Position numbers and translations under genes: made by a program. The notes beneath the pieces were generated by a model that saw nothing but the letters and a program-made list of their open reading frames with translations, was not told where the DNA came from and did not search any database. DNA of 64,000 nucleotides, from contig NC_045138.2 of NCBI RefSeq assembly GCF_008831285.2, forward strand, positions 18,972,001-19,036,000, read 5' to 3'. Positions 26,113 to 39,442 of the stretch are shown piece after piece. This stretch comes from Nymphaea colorata. Lineage: Eukaryota. The first letter of the stretch is position 1. Each line of letters opens with the position of its first letter.

Positions 26113-27854
26113 AAAGAGAAAGAGAGAGTAGTACATGCCATGAAATTGTTCGGGAAACCTTACTTTCACCGCTGGACAAGGAGGATCGGTTAATTGGACG
26201 TACGAAATTGAGGAGAGAGGTGGTGTGTTTTCATAGGGGCGGCACTTTTGCCTTTGCCTTTTCTTTCCCTTCCCCTTTTGGAGCATTAAAACCCGCACTT
26301 TCTCTGTAGGATGATATCATTTTCCCTGGACTTTTCTTTACGTCAACTTACCCTACCCGGAAATGAGCCTAATTTGTCCACATTTGTGTGCCCTCCTTTA
26401 GGCTTTTAGCCTCTATTCAATTATTATACGTAGATGGAAATAATTTTTTTTTTTTAAAAAAAAAAAGAAAAACATGACGTTGAGAACCACCACTGACCAG
26501 AGAACTTTTTGGAACAATAAAAAAATGTCTACCGAGTTGTGCGTGTTAGATTTGGATTTGTTTGGTCCAATCTAGTAAAAAAATCACAGAGATAGATCCA
26601 AACTGTAAATTGGTATGAATTTAGATTGCAGCTATCTGGTAAGCATCCAGACTGGAGTGCATGTAAATATTGGCTCTTCTGCGTCTTGGATTTGGATTCG
26701 CTTCGGGAAATCCAGAGCCAAGCCTAAATCTAGTTAAGTCACCAGCGAATAACTTTTTAATGTTTCTATTTTAATGAATTAAAATTAATTAACGGCATTT
26801 TTAGGACCCTGGAGGAGGCACTTAAATTTAAAAAAAAATGAAACTAATATATTTTTAAAATTTTCAGAAAAAAGAAAAAGGCGGGTGGTCTTCGTAGTCC
26901 CGGGCTTTGATCATAACCCAACTCTCCTTGTTTTCAGTCGTTGGTGCTTTTTTCCCGTGTCTTTTTCCACAGGATTCGTGTACAAAAGTCCGCCAGTCGC
27001 ACGGTGAAAACCTTTTACTGTCAGAGATAAAATTGGCTTCACAGTTTCGCTACCCCGAGCTCGCTTTAATGCTGAATGCGTTGGAGAATCTCTCCTTCTC
27101 AGCCGTTCGATCTCCCTGCTTTGGAAAAGAAGGATCTGCTAGACGACAGACACGTGGCTCGGGCGTCGAAAAGAAGGGTGAAAAGCCTTTTACTTTTTTT
27201 TTACCTCGGGATAAAGAAGGACGGGGGTCGTGGGTGCACCACCTCTTGCTGTCGGAAGCAAGGAGGGAGGAAGGGTTAGAAGACTTGCCTCTCACCAAGG
27301 TGGGACCCACTAATGATTCCCCTCAACTTTTACCGCGCGACAGACGGGAGCTGGGAAAATGTGATAATCGATCACGAAAAAATTTTACCGTCACTGCCGC
27401 TTCCTCTTTTCCCTTGGTGGGCCCGTCACCCTATGTAGAATTTTTTACTAATTCCGTTTGATTGGATAATTTATCAAATCGAACGAACCAAATTCGCATC
27501 TCAATAGGAGAAACCAAAGATTTCAAGTTAGGATTGAATTAGTAAAGTACATGCCGTATTTGAATCTGATTAATAATTGGATTTGAGCATCTTCCTGTGA
27601 TTTTCACTAACATTTCCAGATCAACTTCTGTTGGAAAACTAAGGATATTAAATATTAAAGGTACAATTAAGGAGTTCAGGTATTAAAGAGTTTTGTTTTG
27701 AAGTCATTTTAATAGATTTTTCTCATCAAGCAAACTTAAGTTTGAGGTTAAGGGTAAATCCAATCCATTTAGTGTTCTATATGATGGACCTGATGTCGTC
27801 TTCAATGAGTAGTTGAATTATAAACCTTTAAAATCAATTACTTTTTACTTGAAG

Positions 27855-27925
27855 AGGCATAGTGTAGCTGGTCTGATTAACAGACTAGTGAAAGTCTAAT
27901 CGTTGGTTCGATTCATACTGGCGGT
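27855..27925 (+). mobile_element. tRNA-derived SINE head or tRNA pseudogene remnant
   Basis: Box A-like TAGTGTAGCTGG (27860-27871), stem AGACT..AGTCT and box B-like GGTTCGATTC (27905-27914). A related decayed copy lies at ~48584-48645. Confidence 0.5.
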
Positions 27926-29395
27926 GGGTATTGCATACGAATCTAAATCAGGATTTAACTTAATGGATAATGAATGAGCAAAAGAAACATATAAAAAGTA
28001 TAAACCACATATTGGAAAGGATCGGATCCAGGTCCGGTTCAGATTTATACCCGATCAGTAGTTAAGGTCAACAGTTGGGTAGGCAGTATCCGGACCCGCT
28101 TAGTTTATCAGATAAAGCCGGTCCAGGAAAGAGATAAAGAGGAGATGGGCAGAGTGGGACCCGGCAGGTACCGAACGAGGGGGTGAGGCCGAGGGGATAA
28201 GCGGGACCCAGGAAGGGTGAATCGTTCAGGTGGGCAGCGCGGTGACATCGGTGGGTCCCATCTGGGTCGCCCACTCAACGAGGAAGGGGAGTGGGGCCCA
28301 TCAAGGGCGTCCACTACTCCCGACCCCAACCGTTACTCACCGGACTAGAAGTAAGACGGTTATGGGGTTTGACCCTCTGATGACCATAATACCCTCGAAT
28401 GCGTTGTTTAACTAGGAATTTCTAAGAGTGGAAAGTTTAAATAGTAGCTTTTTTTAACGCCTAATTATATTCGGGTTGAATGATATAACGTAACTGAGGC
28501 TCTTAAGTAAGTTAAAGATCTTACTAAGCCGGTATGATTTTAGAAGTTTTATGCCGAGATGATTTTCCTATGCCCCTTGAGACCCTATTTTTCTCACTTG
28601 GACAGTATTGGTATTGTTGTAATATACATTGGTATTGTAGTAATTTACTCGGCTGTTTTTATTTTTTATTTTTTTTTTCTCGCGAGGGGGCAATTTGATG
28701 CACATAACTCTGCAACTAGAATAGAATGAATGCTTGCGTTTGATTTCGTGGTGAGCACCACTGGCACACGCAAACATAAGACAGTGGGCCTCTTCACTCA
28801 TTGCGTGAGGGGCATACGATCGTCGTTTACAAAAAGACGGGGTCCAGACTAATGGCAATTTTGACCTCGAATTGCTTCTGAATAATGGATGCGTTATCCA
28901 GGGCAAATAGCGGTCGTGGACCAGGTACGTGCCCGTTATTTTGAGAATGATTAAGGGCAGATGCGCCATAACGCGATCCCCAGAGTCGTCCGCCTCTTCT
29001 AAAGGCGTTTCCAAAGTTCGCTTCGGAGCGTGGAAGAAGTCCAACGCACATATCCAAGGACAAAAAATTCTCTGAATACACCCAATTCCGTCCATGACCG
29101 AGAACGCCGCGACTAGTTCTGTAAAGTCTGGTGCTCCCTTACAAACACGGGTGCGGTTAACCACAGTACGGCGCTGAACTTTTTTAAACTCTTCCCTTGT
29201 ACGGGTCGCAATTACGTCCCTTCTCTCTTCCCCTCTCAAACACACACAGGCTGCATGCAAGCGCGCGCACACAAACACACATATCTATATAACATATACT
29301 TTATTGGCAAGAAAAGATACTCAATTCGTTCTTCTTCTTAATGACACAGAGAAAACTTCTAGCTGCTCACAATCATGAGTTTCGACGGTTGAACG

Positions 29396-29442
<47 letters not shown>

Positions 29443-30190
29443 CCGGATGATTATAATATAATTATTTTTTGTATTTAAAACTGTCTTTTCGATTTTCTAC
29501 GTGCGTGTGTGATATTATTACTTATATTTATATATATAGCATGATAATATTGACAGCATCTTAGAAAATATCCTGATTCTATTGCACAATAATGTCAATG
29601 TCAAATATTTTCAATGTTCTCAGATAATATTTTTACTACGGTGACCTCTTTTTCTGGATTCCAGCTCCTTCATTGTCAAAGCCGCGAACTGTACATTTTC
29701 AGAATCAGAAAAGATGCATTATTGGACAACTTTGTTGGTAAAAATTCAAAGAAATGGTCGGAAGATAATGTAAGAAAAATTTCTTTTGGTAGCTTTGAAA
29801 TCGTAAATGAGGTAAAAGGAAAGAGGCGAAGATGGAGGTTGCAAATTGCAGAGATCCATGGTTTTTTACTGTAGGAGAAGAATACAGGTTATCAGAAAAC
29901 TCAACAAAAGGTGGCACTGACATGGATTGGCCGGCAAATGATGGTCCTGCATAGGAAAATTTCTCTTTTTTCTATCTCATATTTTTACCTTTCATATATG
30001 ATTTCTCTCTCTCTCTCTCTCTCTCTATTTCTCAGAGACTTATCCTCAAATTTTGTTTTCTCTCACGTATTTATTCTTATGTTCAATATTTATTTTGTAT
30101 ATTTTATTCTCTCCATCAATCTTTTCCTCCCATTTCAATTCAGGAAAGATGAAATTCGTAAAAAATAGGGAGAAAAGCAAGGAGCTCAAC

Positions 30191-30198
30191 TATATAAG
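30191..30198 (+). promoter_or_regulatory. Candidate TATA box of the FLZ gene
   Basis: TATATAAG ~450 bp upstream of the ATG, followed by a leader-like region with a candidate intron donor AAG|GTGAG at 30496. Confidence 0.45.
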
Positions 30199-30642
30199 CC
30201 CCAGGATCACGCCCACTCAGTGCAATGGCGGTTTTACCGAAACCACCATCCCCCTGATTCTCATGCAGTGCCCCTCTTCCCACACTTCCTGAAAGAGCAA
30301 AAAGAAATCCATGGTGGCCTCTCTCTCATGAGAAAGCGGCCATCATCGTCCCTCTCTAAAATGCTGGCTTCCCCACACCAACCAACACCATCAATCCTGC
30401 ACTTCTTTGTTGGTACTCTAAAAATCCCACCTTCTGTCTAAGAACTTATTGGGTTTTGGGTTTGAATCACAGATCTTCCCAAAAGCAAAACGAAGGTGAG
30501 CATCAGATGCAGCTTTCATGGCGGCTTTTCATTTCCGTCTTGGTTGTTTATGATGGTCTCTTACTCACCCACATTTTCTTTTATCCGTTTTTCTTTTTTT
30601 TTTCATTGAGAAGGAATAGAGAGAGAAGCAGAACGATAAAGC

Positions 30643-31412
30643 ATGTTGAGGAAGAGGTCTAGAGGTGTTGGCAGTAAAACCGGCCTGATAAGTGAGAATG
30701 TGCCCTGTGGTTCTCTATTATCATCTGCTGGTAGAAAATATGGCAGATCGACATGCCCATTTTTCAGCTCGCCTAGATTGTTCACAGGGCTTAGTTCAAA
30801 GGGACATCAGGAGAATGAGTCCATAAGGAGCCCAACTTCCATTCTTGACAGCAAACCTTTCTCTGGGTTTGGGAACTACTTCTGGCCTGATAGGAGGTCT
30901 CAGTCACCGGAATCAGGTGCTGAGAGTAAGCACCATCCCTCCGTTGCTCTTGGCCTGGTTGATGCTCTGGATCAGGAAACTGATATTGAAAATGGGTTCT
31001 CCAAACCAGAGAACAAAATGGTGTTGTTTGGCTCACAGCTCAGGATTCATATTCCCCAGCGAGCAGACTCCCCTGTTTTCAGATCCCCTGTTACCAGCTC
31101 TCCTTCTTCGGCTTCGTCCTGCCGATCGAATTGGGGGGCGGAAGAGTCGCCGACGGTGTGCCTCACGCCGAGAGAGATGGAGCAGTCTGAAGACTATACC
31201 TGTGTGATCACTCGTGGCCCGAATCCGAGGACCACCCATATATATGGCGACCGCATCATTGAGAGCTGTAATACTGGGTCTCCTGCCAGTAGTAGGAAGG
31301 AGCAACCTGTGTTTGCTGATCGCCGGGAAGTATACCCGTCGAATAGTTTCCTGAGTTTCTGCTATGCCTGCAGGAAGAAACTTGGCGAGAAGGATGATAT
31401 CTTCATGTACAG
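30643..31412 (+). CDS. FLZ: FCS-like zinc finger protein (FLZ/DUF581; long FLZ8/MARD1-type), exon 1
   Basis: MLRKRSR start; SPTSILD, VLFGSQLRI.IP, EME.SEDYTCVI..GPNPRTTHIY and FLSFCYACRKKL...DIFMYR motifs. Donor AG|GTCTGG at the conserved MYR/G intron position. Confidence 0.96.
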
Positions 31413-31950
31413 GTCTGGTTCGATCTCTCATGTGATTGTCGAGGCTCAATCTTTTGACAGTTTTTTTACTAATTTGCTTGAATTGTGAATTTTTTTGGGT
31501 ATTTTTTTTCTCAAAGTCATCATGATCACTGGCGAAACATTGAGCAAAATAATATAAGAACTACAGTGCATAACTTTTAGTTGATCATGATTGAATTTGG
31601 TTGCTTTATTTGATGAAAGATTGATGCTTTGTTTTGCTTTATCTACTTTATTAGAAAAAGCTCTTTTTTTTTTCTGGTTTCTTTTTATAACAATGCCAGT
31701 CTGTGGCTCTTTCAGACTCCTGTATTGTACTCATCCTTTTCTTTTTCCCCCTTCTTTGAGCCTGTAAATTCTCTGACTTTGAAAAGGTGTTTCCTGCTCT
31801 AACGTCTCTTTGACAAACAATTCTTCATCTGTTTTTACTCTGTATGTTGGCTGAAATACGTGCATCTTCTCTGCGATTTCGCGTCTTAGATCCAACGGGA
31901 TTCAGTTCTTTATCAGCAGCATCTAAAGTTTGCTTTCTGGTGAACTGCAG

Positions 31951-32089
31951 GGGCGAGAAAGCATTTTGCAGCAGCGAATGCCGATACCAAGAGATTCTTT
32001 TTGATGAGGGAATGGAGAAACTTGCGTCCAGTTCATTCAAGTCACCAGCACTGGTTCATGGTCTTGAGATCTTTGAATCTGATTACTGA
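31951..32089 (+). CDS. FLZ: FCS-like zinc finger protein, exon 2 (spliced CDS 909 nt, 302 aa)
   Basis: Acceptor TGCAG|G restores RGEKAFCSSECRYQEI, completing the CX2C...FCSX2C finger. Stop at 32087-32089. Confidence 0.96.
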
Positions 32090-34472
32090 TGAGAGGAGAA
32101 GAGGTTTTGAGTTTGAATACCATCGAACCCATTTGCAAGGGCTGTATTGACTTCTCGCAGCCACAGGCAATGTGTGTAAATTTCTCTGGGTGCACCACCC
32201 GATACAATTTCAACTTTCAGCTTGGGATTTACGGAGATTTCTTTGATCTTCCTTTTTGTTGACTGCTCTATGACAAAGCATCACCATTTCTCAGAGAAGA
32301 GTGCCTACGGGTTCAGTTTCTCCAGGCCAATCAGAACAAGAAGGGAACTTTAAAAGCACTAATTCTGATAAATATACATATAAGAAGCGTGGATGGTTTC
32401 CTCCATGACTTCATTATGATTAAGCTTAGTTTATGTTTGGTGTCTCCTGTCAATGATGATCACGGTGGGTGCTGTTGGTTTCTCCAACAGTTCTCGCTTT
32501 GGATGATGTGCGAACAATGAATTTTCGTCTGCTGAATCACACTTTTTATGAATACATAATTCAAAATCTCCCTCTCTGCTGCTTTCTCGATCACAAAGTT
32601 TTCATATACTATATGAACTGTTTAAAATACTGTGCTGCTTTCATCCTATCAATTTAACTTGCGCAAATGGCACTTAAAAAATTTTACATTGAGTGCTATC
32701 TTTTCATCCTGAATCATTTCCCCTGATATTTTATATCCATGGCCGCTTGGCATCTTGTCATTTAGCTCTTCCCGTTGCCTGCCTTTGCGGTCATCTTTCC
32801 CCGTCTTGACACAATCTGTTGCTTTCGTCTGCGGAATTTAAAAAAGAAAAACTCTGCAACTGGAGAAATTCTGTGAGCATGATATCACCAAGGCCTACTT
32901 GGAATATAAAAGCTGAGAAAGTCCAACACTCTATACTGTTGTGGGGCAGGAGGGAAATAATTTTATATATTTATGTCCTAATCCCTTGTTTCAAAAGTTA
33001 TCTATGGTGTTGATCGAGAACTGTTGATAATTTGGAAAGTTCTGATCTATGAAGATGCTTTGGTCCCATCTTCACAATATTTTGCATAAACTAATATTTC
33101 CCTTCCCTATTTTCATACATCTCCTTGCATCTACTATACTGTACATGTTGCATTCATTGGAGCAGATCCCAAGATGTTCAACGCTGAAATCGGACCCACG
33201 TAATGAGAAAATCAATGGTTTTGCTGTGAAAGTCACAGTTCAAGGATCAATTTACATGAAATCGATGAATTGAAAAATCAACTCTTATAAATCTTTTTGA
33301 AACAAAAAGTCACATGATAATGTTAAAATAACCGTTCACGGGTTAATCAACGCGAAATTGACCGTGGTAAATTCATATTTGGCCTCCAGATTTCATCAGG
33401 CACAGCCATCGGATTTCCAAAAGGTGGAATGATGGTAGAGGTGACAATAAAGAAGATGGAAAGCAATGTCGGTTATGGTTGATCATGACATTCGAATACA
33501 AAGATAATCAGGAGATCCCTCTCATCTACCATCATCCCCACACAATGTGCCGTCACAGTGATCTTTTGTCCTTTCATTTTACATTTAACAGACAGGAGAC
33601 TTCATTAATTAGCATATATTGGATAGGTGTTTCATAGAAGCAAAGAAGTACTGTTAATGGGAGCTATAATATTTCTTATCTTAATGGCACTGTACTTGCT
33701 ATTACTTGATTAATGTAAACCAGCAATTAGTGGTTAACTGTTGCTGGAATCCAATTAATGTGAATGAAGGTATAGGCAATTATGGATGCAAAATTTTTGC
33801 CAACCAAGCATCATTTAGGCCACCTAAAATTTGCTTACTTATCCAATAAAATAATCCAAAACATGTTTCTCTTTCTTCTCCTTGCATCATATAACTGGTT
33901 GGTTTGAAACTTGCATACTATGCACCACACTTGACAAGTTTATTGTAATTTGATTTGTTTTAATGTGTAACTAAGTTGAATAAAGCTTTCTATCTGAGTC
34001 AGTCAGCTACGGTGAAAACTGCAAGAACTCTAACATCATGCTTTATCAAGCAAACACCTGATGTGTTTAGGTTTCCCCTTTCTGATGGGAAGGACATTCT
34101 TACAGATGCAAGTTACTTAATGGGTACTGCTCACATTTGCAACACAGGTCTTACTTGAAATTACCAGGCTAAGGCGTGACAACTGTGGCAAGAACGCGCC
34201 CTAGGTTGGCTAGTCTGGCAGATTCAGAAGATTAATTTGGCATTTTCTCACAAGAAAAGACCTGTACTTTGCAGGTTTTTTGTTGATGTAAAGACACAAT
34301 GAGTTTTTACAGACAGTTAAAAGATAGGCCACCAGATTGTTATTCTTCACAGAGAATGGTAACATGTTTCTCTGTACAGAAATAGACCCGTGGGGTCTGC
34401 CAAGCACCATCCTGCTATTCAGAGAAAAAATGGAGAAATCTGTACTGGTTGTTGCCTTCCCTTATTATTAGG

Positions 34473-34578
34473 CATTGATAGCTGACAGAAGAAAGAGAGC
34501 CACTTGAATTTTTACTGGTTAAGCAGACCCCTGCCAGATTATGTCAATAGAGAACTCTTCACCTTCTTCAGCTTGATG
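34473..34578 (+). ncRNA. miR156-like sequence in an imperfect hairpin (decayed MIR156, or a miR156 target site on the minus strand)
   Basis: TGACAGAAGAAAGAGAGC-C-AC at 34483-34503. Partially complementary arm CTCTTCACCTTCTTCAGCTTGATG at 34555-34578. Confidence 0.4.
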
Positions 34579-35660
34579 GTCTTAAGTCCAACACCCTTAA
34601 CTGGTAGGTCGTGGAGCTTTAGTAATGGCTGCCGAAAGGACTTCCTGTTTGTTCACAGACGTTCTTAGTTCTCCCTTCAATTGCTACATGCCTAAATGAC
34701 AGAGATACTCGAATATAACGCATGTCACCATTTTCCGCGTTTATCATACAAAACCACGGTGACAAAATCAGGCAAACTAAATCTTAAACAGAAATAAAAA
34801 CTAAGACAGAATCTGAGTAGAGTGAATTGGAGATTGTTGGTAATGATTTTGCAGATTAGTGGTAGCCTTATCATTGGCTTGATGAAACTGCTAATATCAC
34901 ATTATATCTAAGTTTTAGGGCTTCAATAGCATGTTTCGAGTATTATTTATGGATACAAAAATGCAAGCGTGCACACATGCACCCAGAAGACACACACATT
35001 CACCAGGCAGGTGAATTATGTGAAACAACAACCAACATTTGAATATGGTATGCTGCATGAACATCACCATCGTAAAAATGGACTAAATGTGTTAACTAAG
35101 GTTAAGGCGACCAGAAACTTGTAGCACTTTATTAAATGAAAAACACTATCTTCATTGACTTCATATTGTTTATTATTGTTTAGATTAAGAACGAAACCAG
35201 TGGCCTCTAGAAAATCCACATGACTATCAATTGGTTGCGTTCTTCAACTGCCCGTGTGCCGCGAATAATCAGATTTTTTTTTTTTTGTTGGAACACTGAT
35301 TTCAGGCCATCATTTAAGTTACTATGTAGACTAAGCAACCAATAAATGGTGGAACAGTCTTAGTCAACTCTAATATTTAGCTCAAGCATCTATTATGTGA
35401 TAGAATACAGTTTTTATCAAATCTTTGATAGATTTATTTGGGTCACTATCTGAGAATGGTGTCACTGAACCATAGTCAGACTTACTGGAAGCTTCTGATG
35501 CCTTAGAGCATCTTTTACCAGGAAGCTTCCTTCAGCAGCATTGAAGACAAGATTTTATGCTTGTTAAATATGTTCATGAATTATGAAGAACTTGAAATCA
35601 ACTCTAATAGAATTGAACAACTTTTTTGAAAATTGTACGCAAAATTTGATGCTTGACCAG

Positions 35661-36044
35661 TGGAAATCTACAATGAACAAGTTGAGCTCGAACTATTGTT
35701 CGACTCGAGCTTTATAAGGCGAGCTCGAGCTAAACTCAGAAAACTAAGTTTGCATTCGAGCTCATGGAAGCTAGTGTCGCTTGATTTTTTTTTTTTTTTT
35801 AATGAATGAAACCCATAAAAAAGGTATTAAAGTTGATAAAAAGTTATCAACATGCCCCAGAAAATTAAAAAATAGGGAAGACAGAGCCAAGTCGAGTTTA
35901 CACGAGTCGAGCCCATGGAACTCAAACTCGACTCATTTATAACTCGATTTTTAACTCAAACTAAGCTCGATTTGTTTAATAAACGAGTCGAGATCGTATC
36001 TAATTTACACGAGCGAGTTCAAGTCGAGCAATTGTACATTCCTA
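35661..36044. mobile_element. Degenerate hAT-type MITE (CGAGCTCGAG-rich subterminal repeats)
   Basis: Repeated tcgagc/gactcg motifs, right end TTGTACATTCCTA, same family appearance as 61266-61643. No TSD found. Confidence 0.6.
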
Positions 36045-36630
36045 CCGGCGAATAACTTGGCGTGAATCATATTCAGTACTACAAGATGAATCTGGTCCTG
36101 CTATGGGTCTTTGAATCAGAACAAAATTTTGACCAGCGGAGATTTGATCCATTTTTCAGTGGAATGAAATGAGTCATGCTATCTCCAATCGGCCATGCTT
36201 CCGATGCGCTTATTTGAATGCGAAAACGAAGAATCTCTTAAAAAAGTAAAACTTTCTCCTTGTAGAGACAAAATTGTTGGAAGCTGTGGATAAAAATAAA
36301 AATGGTTCTTGCTTCAAAGGGAGAAGAACGATGGGTTATTCAAGGACTTGTAGCTCAATTCGTTACTTCTTTTATTTTTCTCAAAAAGAAAGTTTGGAGA
36401 AATTTTCTGAAAAGTTAAATGACCAGTATACCCCTGATTTGCCAAAGGAAAACCCAACCCCACAAAAAATGGGAAGTGGAAAATAACTTGGTATGAATGA
36501 CTTATATATATATATATATATATATATAAGTCATTCAAAGCTCTGTCTATATTCCAATCAAGGTGCATCCTGTTAGCATAATTAAATGCACTGCATGATA
36601 CAATTCACAGATAATATATATATATATATA

Positions 36631-36814
36631 GGCAGAGAAAGGGAAAGGGTCACTGGGCCATGGTTCCACCGAGTCAATTGAAAAAAAAATACATTGAAAA
36701 AATTAAAAATTTTTAATTGCGTCATATATTGTTTGGATTTGAATTCAGTTTACTCCTACCTGGATGTAGAGGTTGGATTGTTCGGACCGCTCTTAAAAAA
36801 ATCCTGGCTCCGCC
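36631..36814. mobile_element. Short MITE (GGC.GAG...CTCCGCC family) inserted in a (TA)n tract
   Basis: Inverted termini GGCAGAG / CTCCGCC with (TA)n on both sides. Related copies at ~25296-25432, 38715-38863, 40343-40466, 46979-47174, 51031-51210 and 62291-62462. Confidence 0.6.
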
Positions 36815-37645
36815 TATATATATATATATATATAGTCATTTTTTAAGAAGTTTTGTGTACGATATTTTTAGATATAAAATTTGTTTCTTTTATCCATTGA
36901 CCACAAGATACCAGACCAGATGCTTCTCATAGATTCCAATATGCTTGTTATATCAACAAAAAGAAGTGGACAACTTGGTGGCCAACTTACATTAATTTGA
37001 AGGGTTGAGGATTCTGGTGGTCGGCTTCGCGGGAATCTCAAGAGTACAGCTTCTCAATTTCGCAACACTAGCAAATACGGCGTAGACGAATGCAACTTTG
37101 TTAACAACATGGAAAATAATACTTTACTTGGTTGGTAGATATAAATCTTAAAAGTATTGCAGTATTTTTCTTTAGTTACAGAGTAATTTAATTGGAATAA
37201 AGTGTTCACGAGCACTTTATCCATATGTAGTTACTTTTCTTTGAGCACCACCAACAAGAAAAACAATAGAAAGATCAAATTGGATTTGAACTCAAGAAGG
37301 AAAAAATGTAGCCAAAACTTTGTGGTTCACAGTTCTTATATTACACTCCAATTCCCAGATCTCTCTCTCTCTCACACACACACATACACACACGCACGCA
37401 GACGAATACTTATCTCCAGCCATTAGCCAGTATGCATGGGGATACATATGTGAGAGATCTAGATGGATGGATGGCCCTAGGATATAAGCTTTATATATAA
37501 GAAAATCAAACGATGAGTTTATCTATCTACAGAGAGTATCTATGTGTGTATGTATGCGTGTGTATCTTGTAATTGACAATTATAAACAATATTATATATA
37601 GTAAATGCAGGATTATTCTAATAATGTTCATTATTCTACTTGGTG

Positions 37646-37710
<65 letters not shown>

Positions 37711-39442
37711 GCTGTACCCCAAAGACAGGCCAAAGGAATGCTAAAAGCCTCTCTACGTGGTTGATAAGCGTCCGGTTCCAAAATATATATAAGTTCTTTC
37801 CAGATGCAGGAAAAAAATAGGAAAACTAAAAAAAAAAATAGAAAAACCAAGTTTAAAATTTAATTAGAATTGTCAGATGATTAAATAATCGAATCTATCA
37901 CGAAAAGCATCATAAATTAGTAACATAAACTATCCCTATATACCATCAGCCTTCCTAATACCCTTCTGGTTAAAAGACTTTTAGCTACTGATTTTATTTA
38001 TTTTGCCGCCCAGAAACATCTGGTGGCTGATTGATTGGCCCGATTAAGTCCACTGCTCTAAGAACGAGAATGGTTTCTTATTTTAAAAGGGAAAAAAAAT
38101 TAAACAATGAGCCTATCATCTAATGTGTAGGTGTCTATGTTATCATTTCCTATAAAAAACTGGCACGGACATATCTGCATTGCATCAAAATACTTATTTA
38201 ATTATTCTATTATTTTGATCGCTTTCTTCTCCAAACTCAACCGTATAAAACAATAAATAAACCTAACACGTCTCCCAATCAAATTTTTTAAGCAGCCACT
38301 ATAACTCCACTATGTGGTAGGACACTAATTGTTGTCCCTTCTTATATCATCGTTGTTTCTCTTTTCAGAACTTGTACAAGAAAAGTATCATTGCCTTTGA
38401 TAATTCTACTTTGAAAAGTAGGTCCCAACTACTGGCTACAATGTGTAGTTATGAAATCCTCTGCTAATTATTAGAGATTATGATGGGATTAGAAGAGCTC
38501 TTTAGTCCCACATTAACGTTGTTTTTTTTTTTCTTTTTCTTTTTTTTTGGAATCCAAAGAAACTGTATTCGGGTCAAGAGACTTTGTCGTGTTCTCGAAC
38601 TTATAATTAAACCTGTAAGGCATAGTGCTCTACATAAGGGCCTATGGGCCTACCCCAACTTTGTCTTAAGCAAGCATTTGATGCTCATACTACTACTCAA
38701 ACCAATAACCAGCTGCCGAGGGGCTGGTAGGGACCTTAGCGCCTCCTTCTCCACTTTTCAAAAAAAAAAAAACATGTAAATTTAAAAAAAAATTATCCTA
38801 TATAAAAATTTTGAAATTTTATAATTTGGGCCCCCTCATGAAAAATTCTTTGTTCTGTCCCTGCCAGAACCCTTCGAGCTTATGACCTACCTAGGGTTCA
38901 TTGGTGAATACCGAAAACAACCACACGGGCTGAAATTTCAATAACTTTTTGCTCATAATTTTAAGAAAGAGACGACATTTCACAATTTTGGTCACACTTT
39001 TCATGAGGTAGGGTTCGAGCTGAATTACTATTAATTTGAACAAAGTAAAAAAAAAATTGCTGAGTTTTAAATGTTTTACCCACTAGACTACGGTGTATTA
39101 TTATTTTAGCTAACAAACTTTCTGTTTAATTTAATTTAATGAAATTTATCTAGGCATTTATTTGACAGTTTGTCAGTTTGTGTGAAAAGTGTGATTTTCA
39201 TAAAACAAAAATCAAAATGTAATTACTTTTCTAAAATTATAGGTAAAAAATAGGCCTAAAAATGGAAATTTCCTTATATTATAGAAGGCGGAGAGGAGAA
39301 CCACAAATCTCCTAGCACCTGGTTTGGAGTTGCTTAAAGGTTGGAACTGATGACAGGTAGGAACTCATGACAGGTATTAATGGATGCGCTTATGCTGCCT
39401 ACAAGCAAGGTGGATATATATATATATATATATATATTTATG

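Noticed and set aside
26907..27461. 184-aa plus-strand ORF
   Set aside because: TTG start and no domain. It overlaps a GC-rich, motif-dense island better explained as regulatory DNA.
28568..29278. 236-aa minus-strand ORF
   Set aside because: Non-ATG start, no recognisable domain, runs through low-complexity DNA in the FLZ upstream region; likely chance.
31413..31488. Read-through of the FLZ exon 1 ORF to 31488
   Set aside because: Intron sequence; splicing at 31412/31951 is needed to complete the FCS zinc finger.
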